This document shows, piece after piece, positions 38,400 to 47,857 of a DNA stretch of 64,000 nt. The notes under the pieces are model-generated. The model saw only the letters and a list, made by a program, of their open reading frames with translations, was not told the origin of the DNA and did not search any database. Within the stretch, counting starts at the first letter, position 1; every line of letters begins with the position of its first letter. A program made the position numbers and the translations under genes. Where the stretch lies: positions 9 through 64,008 of the forward strand of contig DATLOQ010000119.1 of the NCBI GenBank assembly GCA_035536235.1. The letters are read 5' to 3'. Source of the stretch: Mycobacteriales bacterium (GTDB lineage: Bacteria > Actinomycetota > Actinomycetes > BP-191).

Positions 38400-39338
38400 A
38401 TGGGGTTGGTGCAGGAAGCGCTGTCACGGGGTGAGCTGCGCCGGGTCGCCGACCCGACCCTGCGGGCGTCGTACCTCGCCTGCAAGGACCTCAACGCTCG
38501 CCATGGCCGCACCTACTTCCTCGCGACGCTGCTGCTGCCGGCGTGGAAGCGCCCGTACGTGCACGCCCTCTACGGCTTTGCGCGGTACGCCGACGAGATC
38601 GTCGACGACCTCGGCTCGACCGCCAGCGACGCCGAGAAGGCGGCCCACCTCACCACCTGGGGCGAGCAGTTCCTCGCCGACGTACGCCGGGGCGAGAGCA
38701 CGGACCCGGTCTGCCGCGCGGTCGTCGACACCGTGCGCCGGTGGGACATCCCCATCGCGCACTTCGAGGCGTTCCTGCAGTCGATGCAGATGGACCTGAC
38801 CGTCACCGACTACAAGACCTACGAAGACCTGATGGTCTACGTCTACGGGTCCGCCGCAGTGATCGGGCTGCAGATGGTGCCGATCCTCGAGCCGCTGGAC
38901 GACTCGGCGTCTGCCTACGCGGCGGACCTCGGCATCGCCTTCCAGCTGGCCAACTTCATCCGCGACGTCGGCGAGGACCTGCAGCGCGGCCGCATCTACC
39001 TCCCGTTGGAGGACCTGCAAGCGTTCGGCGTCGACCGCGAGCACCTCGCGCGCGGTGTCGTAGACGGCCCGATACGACGGCTGCTGGCCTTCGAGATATC
39101 CCGCACCCGCGAGATCTTCCGGGCCGCCCGCCCCGGCGTCCGCCTGCTGCACTCGACCAGCCGCGACTGCATCGAGACGGCGCTCACCCTCTACGGCGGC
39201 ATCCTGGACGAGGTGGAGGCCGCCGACTACCAGGTGCTCGACCGGCGGGTCTCCGTCGGCCTGCCCCGGCGGGCGGCCGTCGCCGGCCGGGGAATCGTCC
39301 GGGCCCGGCGGGCGCGCCGCCGTGGCCCCTGGGCGTAG
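38400..39338 (+). CDS. crtB: Phytoene synthase.
   Basis: Squalene/phytoene synthase motifs (YGFARYADEIVDD, FQLANFIRDVGED). Confidence 0.85.
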   Translation: MGLVQEALSRGELRRVADPTLRASYLACKDLNARHGRTYFLATLLLPAWKRPYVHALYGFARYADEIVDDLGSTASDAEKAAHLTTWGEQFLADVRRGESTDPVCRAVVDTVRRWDIPIAHFEAFLQSMQMDLTVTDYKTYEDLMVYVYGSAAVIGLQMVPILEPLDDSASAYAADLGIAFQLANFIRDVGEDLQRGRIYLPLEDLQAFGVDREHLARGVVDGPIRRLLAFEISRTREIFRAARPGVRLLHSTSRDCIETALTLYGGILDEVEAADYQVLDRRVSVGLPRRAAVAGRGIVRARRARRRGPWA

Positions 39339-39416
39339 CCTCTCAGGAGGCAGGCCTCGGCCGCCGTACGGCGAAGTTCAGCGAAGCTGCACTACTTCCG
39401 GCCCTCAGGAGCTCCC

Positions 39417-41048
39417 ATGCGCACGCGCCCCAGTCGGCTCTCTCGGACCCTGGCGCTCGGCGGCCTTGCGGCGGTCGCGATCGGCGGGGCGACCCTGTCC
39501 TCGCCCGCCACGGCCGCCACCCCCTGCACGCCTCCGCCGCGAGCGATGACCTTCGACGAGCCGGGCTATGTCGACACGACTCGAGCCGGCGGTGAGCCCA
39601 TCATCTTCACCCACCCCGACGGCACGCTGCTCTACGGCTCGCACGCCGGCACGACGCACTTCTTCGCCCCCGAATCCGCGGACGAGCAGATCGCCGCTTT
39701 CGCCGGCAACTACCGCGGCCAGACCTACTACTACCACTCCAAGGACAACGGGAAGAGCTGGACCTACGTCGACCGCACCTTCCCACCCGACTCGACGCTG
39801 GCCTCCGGCTTCTCCGACCCGGAGTTCGCCTACGACAAGGCGGGCAACGTCTACGTCTCGGAGATCAACCTGGCCAACATCTCGATGTCGAAGTCGACCG
39901 ACTCGGGCCAGTCCTACAAGGAGCAGAACTTCTTCGCCCAGACGGTCACCGACCGGCAGTGGACCGAGGGGGACGAAGAGGACGTCGTCTACATCATCGC
40001 CAACTCCTTCGGCGGCGGTACCTTCCCCAGCCGACCCGTCGGCAACAGCGGGCACTACCTCTACAAGAGCGTCGACGGCGGCAAGACCTTCACGCCAGGC
40101 ATCCCCGACGATGCCGGCCTCGGCGACATCCGGGTGGACAAGAGTGACGGCACGCTCTACGAGGCGCAGTACGCCGGCGCTGGTGGCGATCTGATCATGC
40201 GAGCCTTCCGCGGTGCGCGCGCGGACGACATGACCCCCGAGGACAACGTCGTCGCCGAGGGTGTCAGCATGCTGGCGCACTGGCCGACCTTCGACCTCGA
40301 CCCCGCTGGCAACCTCTACATCACCTGGGACGAGTCTGGCCAGGGCGATCGCCCGGCCGGCATCTACTACGCCTACTCCACCGACCGCGGCAAGAAGTGG
40401 TCCGCGCCGGTCCGCCTCGACAAGGACGAGAAGACTGACATCTGGCCCTGGCTCGCCGTCGGTGACGAGGGCCGGGTCGGAGTCGCCTGGTTCCAGGCCG
40501 ACGTGCAGCTGCCGGAGGAGGACGCCCAGACTCCCGGTGACCATGGCTGGACGGTGCAGGCCGCGCAGAGCCTCAACGGGCTCGGCTGCCTCTCCTCCCC
40601 GGTCCCCGCCTTCCGCAACGCCACGGCCGTCGCCGACCCCGTCCACGCCGGGACGATCTGCCAGGGCGGCACCGTGTGCCAGGCGCAGGCCATCGACCGC
40701 CGTCTCGGCGACTACTTCAGCGTCGAGATCGCCGGGGACGGTAAGTTCGTGCTCGCGTACTCCGACACTCGGATGGGCGGCCCGGTGGCGCTGCCCGGCT
40801 TCACCCGGCAGACCGACGGGCCGTCGTTCTTCGGCAAGCCGGAGCCGCGGTTCGGCAGCAAGGGTGCGGTCCGGCCGGCACCCGCGCGACCGCAGCCACA
40901 GCCCCAGCCGGCGCCCCGACCCGCTCCCAAGCCGGCGCCGCTGCCGGCCACCGGTGGGTCGCTGGCCGGCATAGGTCTGGCGCTGCTCGCCGGCGCGGCC
41001 GGTGTCGCCGCCGTACGCCGGCACCGGCAGCGTGCTGTCACCGGGTGA
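39417..41048 (+). CDS. BNR/Asp-box repeat (sialidase-like beta-propeller) cell-wall-anchored protein with an LPATG sorting signal.
   Basis: Signal peptide; several SxDxGxTW-type Asp-boxes (SKDNGKSWTYV, SVDGGKTFT, STDRGKKWS); C-terminal PAPRPAPKPAPLPATGGSLAGIGLALLAGAAGVAAVRRHRQR. Confidence 0.65.
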   Translation: MRTRPSRLSRTLALGGLAAVAIGGATLSSPATAATPCTPPPRAMTFDEPGYVDTTRAGGEPIIFTHPDGTLLYGSHAGTTHFFAPESADEQIAAFAGNYRGQTYYYHSKDNGKSWTYVDRTFPPDSTLASGFSDPEFAYDKAGNVYVSEINLANISMSKSTDSGQSYKEQNFFAQTVTDRQWTEGDEEDVVYIIANSFGGGTFPSRPVGNSGHYLYKSVDGGKTFTPGIPDDAGLGDIRVDKSDGTLYEAQYAGAGGDLIMRAFRGARADDMTPEDNVVAEGVSMLAHWPTFDLDPAGNLYITWDESGQGDRPAGIYYAYSTDRGKKWSAPVRLDKDEKTDIWPWLAVGDEGRVGVAWFQADVQLPEEDAQTPGDHGWTVQAAQSLNGLGCLSSPVPAFRNATAVADPVHAGTICQGGTVCQAQAIDRRLGDYFSVEIAGDGKFVLAYSDTRMGGPVALPGFTRQTDGPSFFGKPEPRFGSKGAVRPAPARPQPQPQPAPRPAPKPAPLPATGGSLAGIGLALLAGAAGVAAVRRHRQRAVTG

Positions 41049-41060
41049 CCTCCAGCACCG

Positions 41061-41870
41061 GTGCCACGCAGCGCTAGCACCTGGGTCCGTCGTGCGCTCG
41101 GCGTCCTGGTCACGGTCTCCCTCGGCCTGGGCACGTTCGTCCTCTACGGCGCTCGAGTGGCCCACCCGGTCAGCGCCGCGGAGGCGCTCCGCGGCTTCAC
41201 CGAGCGGCCGTCGTACGCCGGACGTCCCGGTCTCGACGCGGCCTTAGACGGAGTCCGACCGGCGGCCGGCGTCTACCGGTACGCGACCACCGGGTCGGCG
41301 CGGGTGGACCTGCTGGGCATCGAGCGGCACTACCCCTCGACAACGGCACGGGTGGTCCGGCTCGGTCCCGGCTGCCAGTGGGAGGAACAGGTGCCGCTCT
41401 TCGACGAGCATGTCGAGACCTACTCCGCCTGTGCGGCAGCTGGCGACCAGATCGAGACCGGCTACGCCACCCGGCTGACTTACTTCTTCGTGCCCGATAT
41501 CAGTGACGCGGGATGCGCCCCGGGCGGGAGCCGGACAGGACACCGCCTGGCGCCAGGCAGCACGCAGAGGTTTCGCTGCCTCGACCGAGCCCGTCAGGTC
41601 CGCACGGACGGCAGCATCACGTTCCTTGGCGCGTCGACCGTCCACGTGGACGGGCGGGAGCAGCCATGTCGGCAGGTGCGGATGCTCACGGTGCTCCGTG
41701 GTCGCACCAGCGGCGCCGCGCTGCGCGAGCTGTGCACCGAGGCGAGCACGGGCCTGGTGCTGCGGGAGACCCGCACCGTCGGGCTCACCGTGGAGAGCGC
41801 GTTCGTCGGAGTCGTCCGCTACGTCGAGTCCGCCGAGTTCACGCTGAAGTCGATGACGCCACGGCGCTAG
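41061..41870 (+). CDS. Hypothetical membrane-anchored protein (N-terminal TM), probably co-transcribed with the BNR protein.
   Basis: 12-bp gap to the upstream gene; single N-terminal hydrophobic helix; no recognisable domain. Confidence 0.4.
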   Translation: MPRSASTWVRRALGVLVTVSLGLGTFVLYGARVAHPVSAAEALRGFTERPSYAGRPGLDAALDGVRPAAGVYRYATTGSARVDLLGIERHYPSTTARVVRLGPGCQWEEQVPLFDEHVETYSACAAAGDQIETGYATRLTYFFVPDISDAGCAPGGSRTGHRLAPGSTQRFRCLDRARQVRTDGSITFLGASTVHVDGREQPCRQVRMLTVLRGRTSGAALRELCTEASTGLVLRETRTVGLTVESAFVGVVRYVESAEFTLKSMTPRR

Positions 41871-42976
41871 CCAACCGGCACCGGGCGCCCACGCCAGCCG
41901 ACCGGCCGGCCGCGGTGACGCAGCCACCTGGCCTGCGCGTGGTGCACAGCCAGCAGCAGATCGGTGAGGGGGGAGAGTGCGGCTGGCCAGACCGGCTGCC
42001 GGGCGCGCGCTCGGGCCGCGCCGTCGGTCACCACCTGCGCCGCGACCGCGACAGCGGCGAGCCGGCGGGTCGACGTCGAGCGGGACTGCAGGAGCGCGAC
42101 CGGCGCGAACCCCAGGGCTGCCGCGGCCGCGCCCGCTGGCCACGGGCCGGACCGGACCGCGGAAGTGTTCTTCAGCAGCCCCACCCAGCAAGCGCGGGCG
42201 TCGTCATACATCTGCGCGGAGTAGCCGTCGAGAGTTGTCGCGAGCACCACCTGCCCACCGTGTGCTTTCACCAGCCGGGCGAGCGCGACGTCCTCGACGA
42301 CCTGGTCAGCGACGGCGAGGTGCCCGCCGACGGCGTTGTAGACGCTACGGCGGATCAGCAGGCAGGGGCCCGCGGCGAAAGCTGCCGACGACGTCGGGTC
42401 GGCGATGAGATCCGGGTCGTGCCGCCGCGCGACGGCCAGGCCGACGGCCGGCAGCAGCCACCCGCTGAGGGGGTCCACGGTGACCAGCCGACCGACGGCG
42501 CTGACCAGGTCGGCGTCGCGCTCGTCGGCGGCGCGCAGCAGTCGGTTCAGCAGGTCCGGCGCCACCCGTACATCAGCATCGACGAACCACAGCCACTCCC
42601 CCCGCGCCGTCGCAGCACCCGCCGCGCAGGCCACCGGCTTGCCGAGCTGTCCCACCTGCGGGCCGGGGGAAGGCAGGACCCGGACTGAGGGGCCGGCTCG
42701 GCTCGCCGCCAGCGCGGTGCCGTCGCGCGAGGCGTCGTCCACCACCACGACCTCGGTGAGGTCGGGTCCGGAGAGGCACAGAGCCTCCAGGCACTCGGCG
42801 ATGTGGCGAGCCTCGTCTCGGGCCGGCACGACGGCGCTCACCGTGGTGATCCGGGGGCGGTCGGGGGGCGCCACCAGTCGATGCCGGGCTGCGCCGAACC
42901 GAGCCAGCCGACGAACGCGGTACGCCGTGAACCCGATCGAGGCGGCGGTCACCACGGCTCGCGGGTCGGCGAGCAT
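41867..42976 (-). CDS. GT2-family glycosyltransferase, translationally coupled to crtYc.
   Basis: AVVPARDEARHI...VVVVDDASRDGT...WFVDADV GT-A motifs. Start at MLADPRAVV (42976), giving a TGATG overlap with the crtYc stop. The longer track ORF overlaps crtYc by 58 bp. Confidence 0.55.
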   Translation of the reverse strand: MLADPRAVVTAASIGFTAYRVRRLARFGAARHRLVAPPDRPRITTVSAVVPARDEARHIAECLEALCLSGPDLTEVVVVDDASRDGTALAASRAGPSVRVLPSPGPQVGQLGKPVACAAGAATARGEWLWFVDADVRVAPDLLNRLLRAADERDADLVSAVGRLVTVDPLSGWLLPAVGLAVARRHDPDLIADPTSSAAFAAGPCLLIRRSVYNAVGGHLAVADQVVEDVALARLVKAHGGQVVLATTLDGYSAQMYDDARACWVGLLKNTSAVRSGPWPAGAAAAALGFAPVALLQSRSTSTRRLAAVAVAAQVVTDGAARARARQPVWPAALSPLTDLLLAVHHAQARWLRHRGRPVGWRGRPVPVG

Positions 42977-43296
42977 CACCCCCGCGGGCGTCCGGCACGT
43001 GCCGCTTCGCGGCGGCCCAGCCACACCCACCACAGCAGCGTCTGCACGACCAGCGCGAAGCCGAAGAGCAGGTCCTCGACGGGTGCGTAGACGATGCGCA
43101 CTCCGAGGATGGCGTCATCGTCGTAGGTCACGATGTCGCGGCCGGTGAGGACTCCGTTGGTGATCAGCTGGAAGAAGATGACGATGGCGTAGGACACCCA
43201 GAAGATGCGCCGGCGGAGCAGACCGGTGCGCAGCACCAAGACCTCGAGCAGCAGCGTCAGGACGACGCCGAGCGAAGCGGCGGCGGTGTAGGTCAC
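42976..43296 (-). CDS. crtYc: Lycopene-cyclase-domain protein (heterodimeric cyclase subunit, CrtYc/CrtYd type).
   Basis: ~106 aa with three TM helices (FWVSYAIVIFFQLITNGVLTG...LLFGFALVVQTLLWWVWLG) characteristic of the small lycopene cyclase domain. GTGA overlap with the upstream subunit. Confidence 0.6.
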   Translation of the reverse strand: MTYTAAASLGVVLTLLLEVLVLRTGLLRRRIFWVSYAIVIFFQLITNGVLTGRDIVTYDDDAILGVRIVYAPVEDLLFGFALVVQTLLWWVWLGRREAARAGRPRG

Positions 43297-43637
43297 CCGC
43301 TCGCCCCTTCGTCGCCGCCGCGCCAACCGGTGGCCGCGCGCACCGCTTCGAAGGTGAGGATGGCGCAGGTAGGGATCACCAGGAAGAAGAGCAGCTCCTC
43401 GAGCGGCAGGTTGCCGGGCAGGGTGATCCCGCTGGTCTGCTCCGGGTCATAGCTCCAGTGGCCGCGGGCAATCGCCCAGACGTCCCAGAGGACGAAGACG
43501 GTGACGACGGGGAGGAGGGCGAGCAGCCAACGCCGAGGTCGGCGGTAGACCCGCGTGTGGTAGTAGAACTCCAGCGGCAACGTGCCCAAGGCGCACGCCG
43601 CGAGCACCAGGAGGTAGGCCGCCTTCACGGCCAACAT
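43293..43637 (-). CDS. crtYd: Lycopene-cyclase-domain protein (second heterodimeric cyclase subunit).
   Basis: 114 aa, MLAVKAAYLLVLAACALGTLPLEFYYHTRV...LEELLFFLVIPTCAILTFE. Paired with the adjacent small subunit. Confidence 0.6.
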   Translation of the reverse strand: MLAVKAAYLLVLAACALGTLPLEFYYHTRVYRRPRRWLLALLPVVTVFVLWDVWAIARGHWSYDPEQTSGITLPGNLPLEELLFFLVIPTCAILTFEAVRAATGWRGGDEGASG

Positions 43638-43692
43638 CCTCGCCTACGACGGCGCTCCCTGCGGAACCGACGTACCGGTGCGCCTCGTTAGA

Positions 43693-43712
43693 CTGAAGAC
43701 CTACTGCTTCAG
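43693..43712. promoter_or_regulatory. Palindrome CTGAAG-N8-CTTCAG in the divergent crtYd / lipoprotein promoter region.
   Basis: Seen in sequence: ~56 bp upstream of the crtYd start and ~15 bp upstream of the lipoprotein GTG (AGGAG SD in between). Confidence 0.35.
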
Positions 43713-43726
43713 ACCTCAGGAGATCC

Positions 43727-44617
43727 GTGGACCGTCGGCAGTTCCTCCTGCTCAGCGCCATCGGGGCTGGCGCCCCCATCCTGGCGGGCTGCTCGAGCGA
43801 CGACGATCCCGCTGAGCCCGCGAAGGAGAGCAAAGGGGGCGCCAGCCTCCAGGACATCGCCCCCGACGCGGCCAAGGGTCTCCAGCTGCTCGACGCACAG
43901 CCCGAGCTGGTCGTCGGCACATCCCGCTACTCGTTCGGCCTGCTGGACCCCGACGGCAAGCCGCTGACCGACGCTGACGTCACCCTCTACGCGGGCCCGG
44001 ACCCGGCTGGGCGGGCGCAGGCGACGGTGCCGGCCACCTGGCTGCAGGGCGGCGTCGCGGACAAGGCCATCTACGTCGCGCAAGTGCCCTTCACCAAGGC
44101 GGGCCCGTACTTCCTCGCGGCCGTCGCGAAGACCAAGGAAGGCGCGCGCATCAAGGGCGGTGTGCAGGTGCAAGTCGCCGCGACGTCGGCGTCACCGCTG
44201 CCCGGGCAGCCCGCCATCTCGGTGCCGACGCCGGTCGCCAGCCGCCTCGACGGCGCCGACCCGCTGTGCAGCCGTAAGCCGGTGTGCACGATGCACGAGG
44301 TTTCCCTCGATGCCGCCCTGGCCGGGGGGAAGCCGGTGGTCGTCACGTTCTCCGCGCCGGCCTTCTGCGCCACCGAGACCTGCGGTCCCGTGGTCGACAT
44401 CGTCGAGGCGCAGAAGCAGCGCGGCGACACGTCGGTGACCTACGTGCATGTGGAGGCCTACCGCAAGAAGGGCGCGGAGCTCGCACCGGCGCTGAAGGCC
44501 TGGAAGTTCGCCACCGAGCCGTGGACCTACATCGTCGACGCCAAGGGCGTGGTGGTCGATCGGCTGGCCGGCGCCATTGGCGCCGAGGAGCTCACCGCAG
44601 CCGTCGCCAAGCTCTGA
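43727..44617 (+). CDS. Tat-signal lipoprotein (RRQFLL twin-arginine motif + LAGC lipobox), function unknown.
   Basis: MDRRQFLLLSAIGAGAPILAGCSSDD...; C-terminal thioredoxin-like CxxC pair (CATETC). Confidence 0.5.
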   Translation: MDRRQFLLLSAIGAGAPILAGCSSDDDPAEPAKESKGGASLQDIAPDAAKGLQLLDAQPELVVGTSRYSFGLLDPDGKPLTDADVTLYAGPDPAGRAQATVPATWLQGGVADKAIYVAQVPFTKAGPYFLAAVAKTKEGARIKGGVQVQVAATSASPLPGQPAISVPTPVASRLDGADPLCSRKPVCTMHEVSLDAALAGGKPVVVTFSAPAFCATETCGPVVDIVEAQKQRGDTSVTYVHVEAYRKKGAELAPALKAWKFATEPWTYIVDAKGVVVDRLAGAIGAEELTAAVAKL

Positions 44618-44619
44618 CG

Positions 44620-45312
44620 TCAGGGTCGGTCGCGAAGCCGGGCGGCTAGGTCCCGGGTGGCTGCCGCAGGGTCAGCCGCTTCGGTGATCGCGCGTACGAC
44701 GACGACCCGTCGTGCGCCGTGCGCCAGCACTTCATCGATCGTGGTGAGGTCGATGCCGCCGATGGCGAACCACGGCCGGGTCGCCGGATCGTCCGGCGGC
44801 CAGCGTCGTACCGCATGGTCGAGCAGCGCGAGCCCAGCCGCAGGTCGGCCCGGCTTGGTCGGGGTCGCCCACGTGGGCCCCACGCAGAAGTAGTCGACAC
44901 CCGACGCGACGGCAGCCGCATCGACCTCTGCCGGCGAGTGGCTGGACAAGCCGAGGAGCACGTCCGCACCAAGCACGTCCCGGGCGAGCGACACCGGCAG
45001 GTCGCCCTGTCCCAGGTGCAGGATGTCGGGCCGCGCGCCGAGCGCCACGTCAGCTCGGTCGTTGACGCTCCACAGCCGCCCGTGCCGCTCAGCGGCTGCC
45101 GCGACGACCCGACACAGCTCGAGCTCCTGCCCCGCCTCCATCCCCTTCTCCCGCAGCTGTACGACGTCGACACCGGCCGCGAGCACGCTGTCGAGGAACG
45201 CGGCCAGGTCCCCCTGCTCCCGGCGGGCTCCGGTGCACAGGTAGAGCCGGGCGTCAGCCAGCAGGGCGAGCCGCTCCGACCTCGAGTGCGACGGCAGCTC
45301 AGCCACCGGCAA
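44620..45312 (-). CDS. thiE: Thiamine-phosphate synthase.
   Basis: ThiE/TMP-TENI family pattern (LYLCTGAR...VDVVQLREK...). Confidence 0.75.
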   Translation of the reverse strand: MPVAELPSHSRSERLALLADARLYLCTGARREQGDLAAFLDSVLAAGVDVVQLREKGMEAGQELELCRVVAAAAERHGRLWSVNDRADVALGARPDILHLGQGDLPVSLARDVLGADVLLGLSSHSPAEVDAAAVASGVDYFCVGPTWATPTKPGRPAAGLALLDHAVRRWPPDDPATRPWFAIGGIDLTTIDEVLAHGARRVVVVRAITEAADPAAATRDLAARLRDRP

Positions 45313-45502
45313 CCGCTCGGATGACCTCGATCACGTCGCCGTCCGCGAGACGCACCGTGTCGATCTCACTGCGCAGGAGCGCCTCGCCGTTGCGCTCGAC
45401 GACGACCCAGCCGGCGCCCAGGCCCATGGCCCGGACCAGATCTCCGGCCGACGACCCAGGAGCGAGCTCTCTCGGCTCGCCATTGACCACGGCAGTCATC
45501 AC
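45299..45502 (-). CDS. thiS: Sulfur-carrier protein ThiS (ends in GG).
   Basis: 67 aa, ...[15 protein letters not shown]-terminus. Confidence 0.7.
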   Translation of the reverse strand: MMTAVVNGEPRELAPGSSAGDLVRAMGLGAGWVVVERNGEALLRSEIDTVRLADGDVIEVIRAVAGG

Positions 45503-45507
45503 GAGAG

Positions 45508-45879
45508 TCAGAACCCGAGAGCCTGAGCGCGGCGCTTGACCTCGGTGCCGCGGTTCTCGACCAGCGCCTGCACCGGGGAGCCGGGCAGCGAGTCATCTTC
45601 CGTGTAGAGCCACCGCAGCATCTCCAGCTCGGTGTAGCGCGCGTCGCGCAGCAGGTTGAGGACGCTGGGCAGGCTCTTGAGCACCTGCCCGCCGCCGACG
45701 AAGTCGGCAGGGATCGACAGCGGCTCGCCCTCGCCACGACGTATCGCGATCAGCGATCCGTCGCGCACGAGCTGACGTACCCGGGTGACCTCGAGGTTCA
45801 TGGCTTCGGCGACGTCCGGCAGGGTCACCCAGCTGCCGACCAGCTCCCACAGCTCATCGACTGTCGGCTCGCCTGTCAC
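45508..45879 (-). CDS. Rv2175c-family DNA-binding protein (HTH + C-terminal domain), embedded in the thi operon.
   Basis: GQVLKSLPSVLNLLRDARYTELEMLRWLYTED matches the recalled M. tuberculosis Rv2175c C-terminal region (GQVVKSLPGLLTIL...EIMRWLFTPD). Confidence 0.6.
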   Translation of the reverse strand: MTGEPTVDELWELVGSWVTLPDVAEAMNLEVTRVRQLVRDGSLIAIRRGEGEPLSIPADFVGGGQVLKSLPSVLNLLRDARYTELEMLRWLYTEDDSLPGSPVQALVENRGTEVKRRAQALGF

Positions 45880-45907
45880 GTCGGTCCTCCTCGTTGCTGC
45901 TCAGCTG

Positions 45908-47050
45908 TCAGGGAAGCGCGGGCTCGGCGCGCAGCGGGAACGCGTCCTTCCACACCGGCTCGTAGCCCGCGGCGACGAGCATCGCAGCGACCTGCGCGGG
46001 GGTGCGGTCGTCGGCGATGCTGAACTGCTCCTGGCTCTCTCCCGGGTGCGCGTAGCCGCCCGGCTCGGTGGAGCTGCCGGCGCTCATCGAGGTGACTGCG
46101 ATGCGCACCAGGCCATCCCTCAGCGCCGCCGGCTCACGGGTGGAGAGCACGATGCCCGCGTCCGGCGCGGCGAGGCGAAGTGCGGCCATCGCCTGCACGT
46201 ATTCGGCGTCGGAGACGGCCACTACCGGCTGGAACCCGGAGGCGCTCGGCTTGATCCGGGGCAGCGCCACCGTCACCTCGGTCCGCCAGTAGCGCTGAGA
46301 CAGCCAGGCGGCGTGGCTCGCGACAGAGATGACGTCGGCGCGCCAGTCCGGCGCGAGCCCGAGGAGCGCACCCACCCCCAGACGGCGTACGCCGGACGCG
46401 GCCGCCCGCTCCACCGCGACGAGCCGGCGGTAGAAGTCGCGCTTCCACCCGGCGAGGTGCACCTCGGCGTAGCGACTCCGGTCGTAGGTCTCCTGGTAGT
46501 GCACCACGCCTTCTACGCCGGCATCGACGAGTCTCGCGTAGGTGTCGTCGCTCCACGTCTGGGTCTCGATCGACACCGACGCGACCCCCGAGTCGAGCGC
46601 CCGGACAACCTCAACCAGGTAGTCGGCGCTGACCTCGACCCGGTGCTCGCCGCTGACCAGCAGCAGGTGCCGGAAACCGCGCCCCACCAGCAGAGTGGAC
46701 TCGGCTGCGACCTCGGCCGGGGTGAGTGTCCGGCGTAGGACGTCGAGGTCCTTGGCGAAGCCGCAGTAGGTGCAGGTCGACAGGCAGGCGTTGGAGACGT
46801 ACAGCGGCGCGAAGAGGCGCACCGCCCGACCGAAGCGCTGCAACGTCAGCGCGCCAGCGGCCTGCGCCAGCTCCTCCAGACGCAGGCCGGCGGCCGGTGA
46901 GAGGAGCACTGCCAGCTCAGCTGGTCCGCGCTGCTCCACCGCGAGAGCCCTGTCCACGTCAGCATCGGTGGCGCTGCGGGAGCTGGCCGCGAGCCCAGTG
47001 GCGTCGAGCGTGGCGAGCTCCCGCGCAAAACCCCCGGCGGTCTCGCTCAC
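45908..47050 (-). CDS. thiH: 2-iminoacetate synthase ThiH (radical SAM tyrosine lyase).
   Basis: CxxxCxYC radical-SAM motif ([10 protein letters not shown]), ~380 aa. Confidence 0.7.
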   Translation of the reverse strand: MSETAGGFARELATLDATGLAASSRSATDADVDRALAVEQRGPAELAVLLSPAAGLRLEELAQAAGALTLQRFGRAVRLFAPLYVSNACLSTCTYCGFAKDLDVLRRTLTPAEVAAESTLLVGRGFRHLLLVSGEHRVEVSADYLVEVVRALDSGVASVSIETQTWSDDTYARLVDAGVEGVVHYQETYDRSRYAEVHLAGWKRDFYRRLVAVERAAASGVRRLGVGALLGLAPDWRADVISVASHAAWLSQRYWRTEVTVALPRIKPSASGFQPVVAVSDAEYVQAMAALRLAAPDAGIVLSTREPAALRDGLVRIAVTSMSAGSSTEPGGYAHPGESQEQFSIADDRTPAQVAAMLVAAGYEPVWKDAFPLRAEPALP

Positions 47051-47844
47051 TGGAGGAAGCCGGTCAGCGGCGACGAGGCCTCGGCGTCACGACGCGGCGC
47101 TGCCCGCCCGGCGAGATAGCCGAGGCGTCCCGCCCGTGTGGCCAGGGCGAAGCCGCGCGCCATGGCGATCGGATCACGGGCGACAGCGATCGCGGTGTTG
47201 ACGAGTACGGCGGCGGCGCCGATCTCCATCGCCTCGGCCGCGTCGCTCGGCACGCCGAGGCCGGCGTCGACAATCACCGGCACCCCCGCCTGCTCGACGA
47301 TGATCTCGACGGCGTCGCGGGTGCGCAGCCCCCGGTTGGAGCCGATCCACGAGCCGAGCGGCATGACCGTCGCGCAGCCCGCCTCCTCCAGCCGCCGGCA
47401 CAGGATCGGGTCGGCGCTGCAGTAGGGCAGCACGGTGAAGCCGTCGGCGACGAGGATCTCGGCGGCCCGGAGCGTCTCGATCGGATCGGGCGTGAGCCAC
47501 CGCGGGTCCGGGGTGACCTCGAGCTTGACCAGCTCACCCAAGTTACCGGCGCGGGCCAGCCGGGCGAGGCGCACCGCCTCCTCCGCGGTCACCGCCCCGG
47601 ACGTGTTGGGCAGCAGGGTGCAGCGGGTGAGATCGAGGAAGTCGAGGATGTCGCCCTCGCCGCTGCGGGAGGGGTCCACCCGGCGTAGCGCGACGGTGAC
47701 GAGCTCCGAGCCGGACGCGTCGAGCGCATCGCGCATGACGGCGTGGGAGGCGAACTTGCCGGTGCCGGTGAGCAGCCGGGAGGTGAAGCGGTGCCCACCG
47801 ATCACCAGCGGGTCAACGTCGTCAAGCACCGGGTCGTCGTCCAT
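47047..47844 (-). CDS. thiG: Thiazole synthase.
   Basis: [31 protein letters not shown]...; ATG at 47844 with a GGGGAG SD. The GTG at 47862 lies inside the riboswitch. Confidence 0.8.
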   Translation of the reverse strand: MDDDPVLDDVDPLVIGGHRFTSRLLTGTGKFASHAVMRDALDASGSELVTVALRRVDPSRSGEGDILDFLDLTRCTLLPNTSGAVTAEEAVRLARLARAGNLGELVKLEVTPDPRWLTPDPIETLRAAEILVADGFTVLPYCSADPILCRRLEEAGCATVMPLGSWIGSNRGLRTRDAVEIIVEQAGVPVIVDAGLGVPSDAAEAMEIGAAAVLVNTAIAVARDPIAMARGFALATRAGRLGYLAGRAAPRRDAEASSPLTGFLQ

Positions 47845-47857
47845 GCGGTCAGCGCTC

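Noticed and set aside
39405-41165. 586-aa minus-strand ORF across the BNR/LPATG gene
   Set aside because: Antisense to a gene with signal peptide, Asp-boxes and sorting signal. No motifs of its own.
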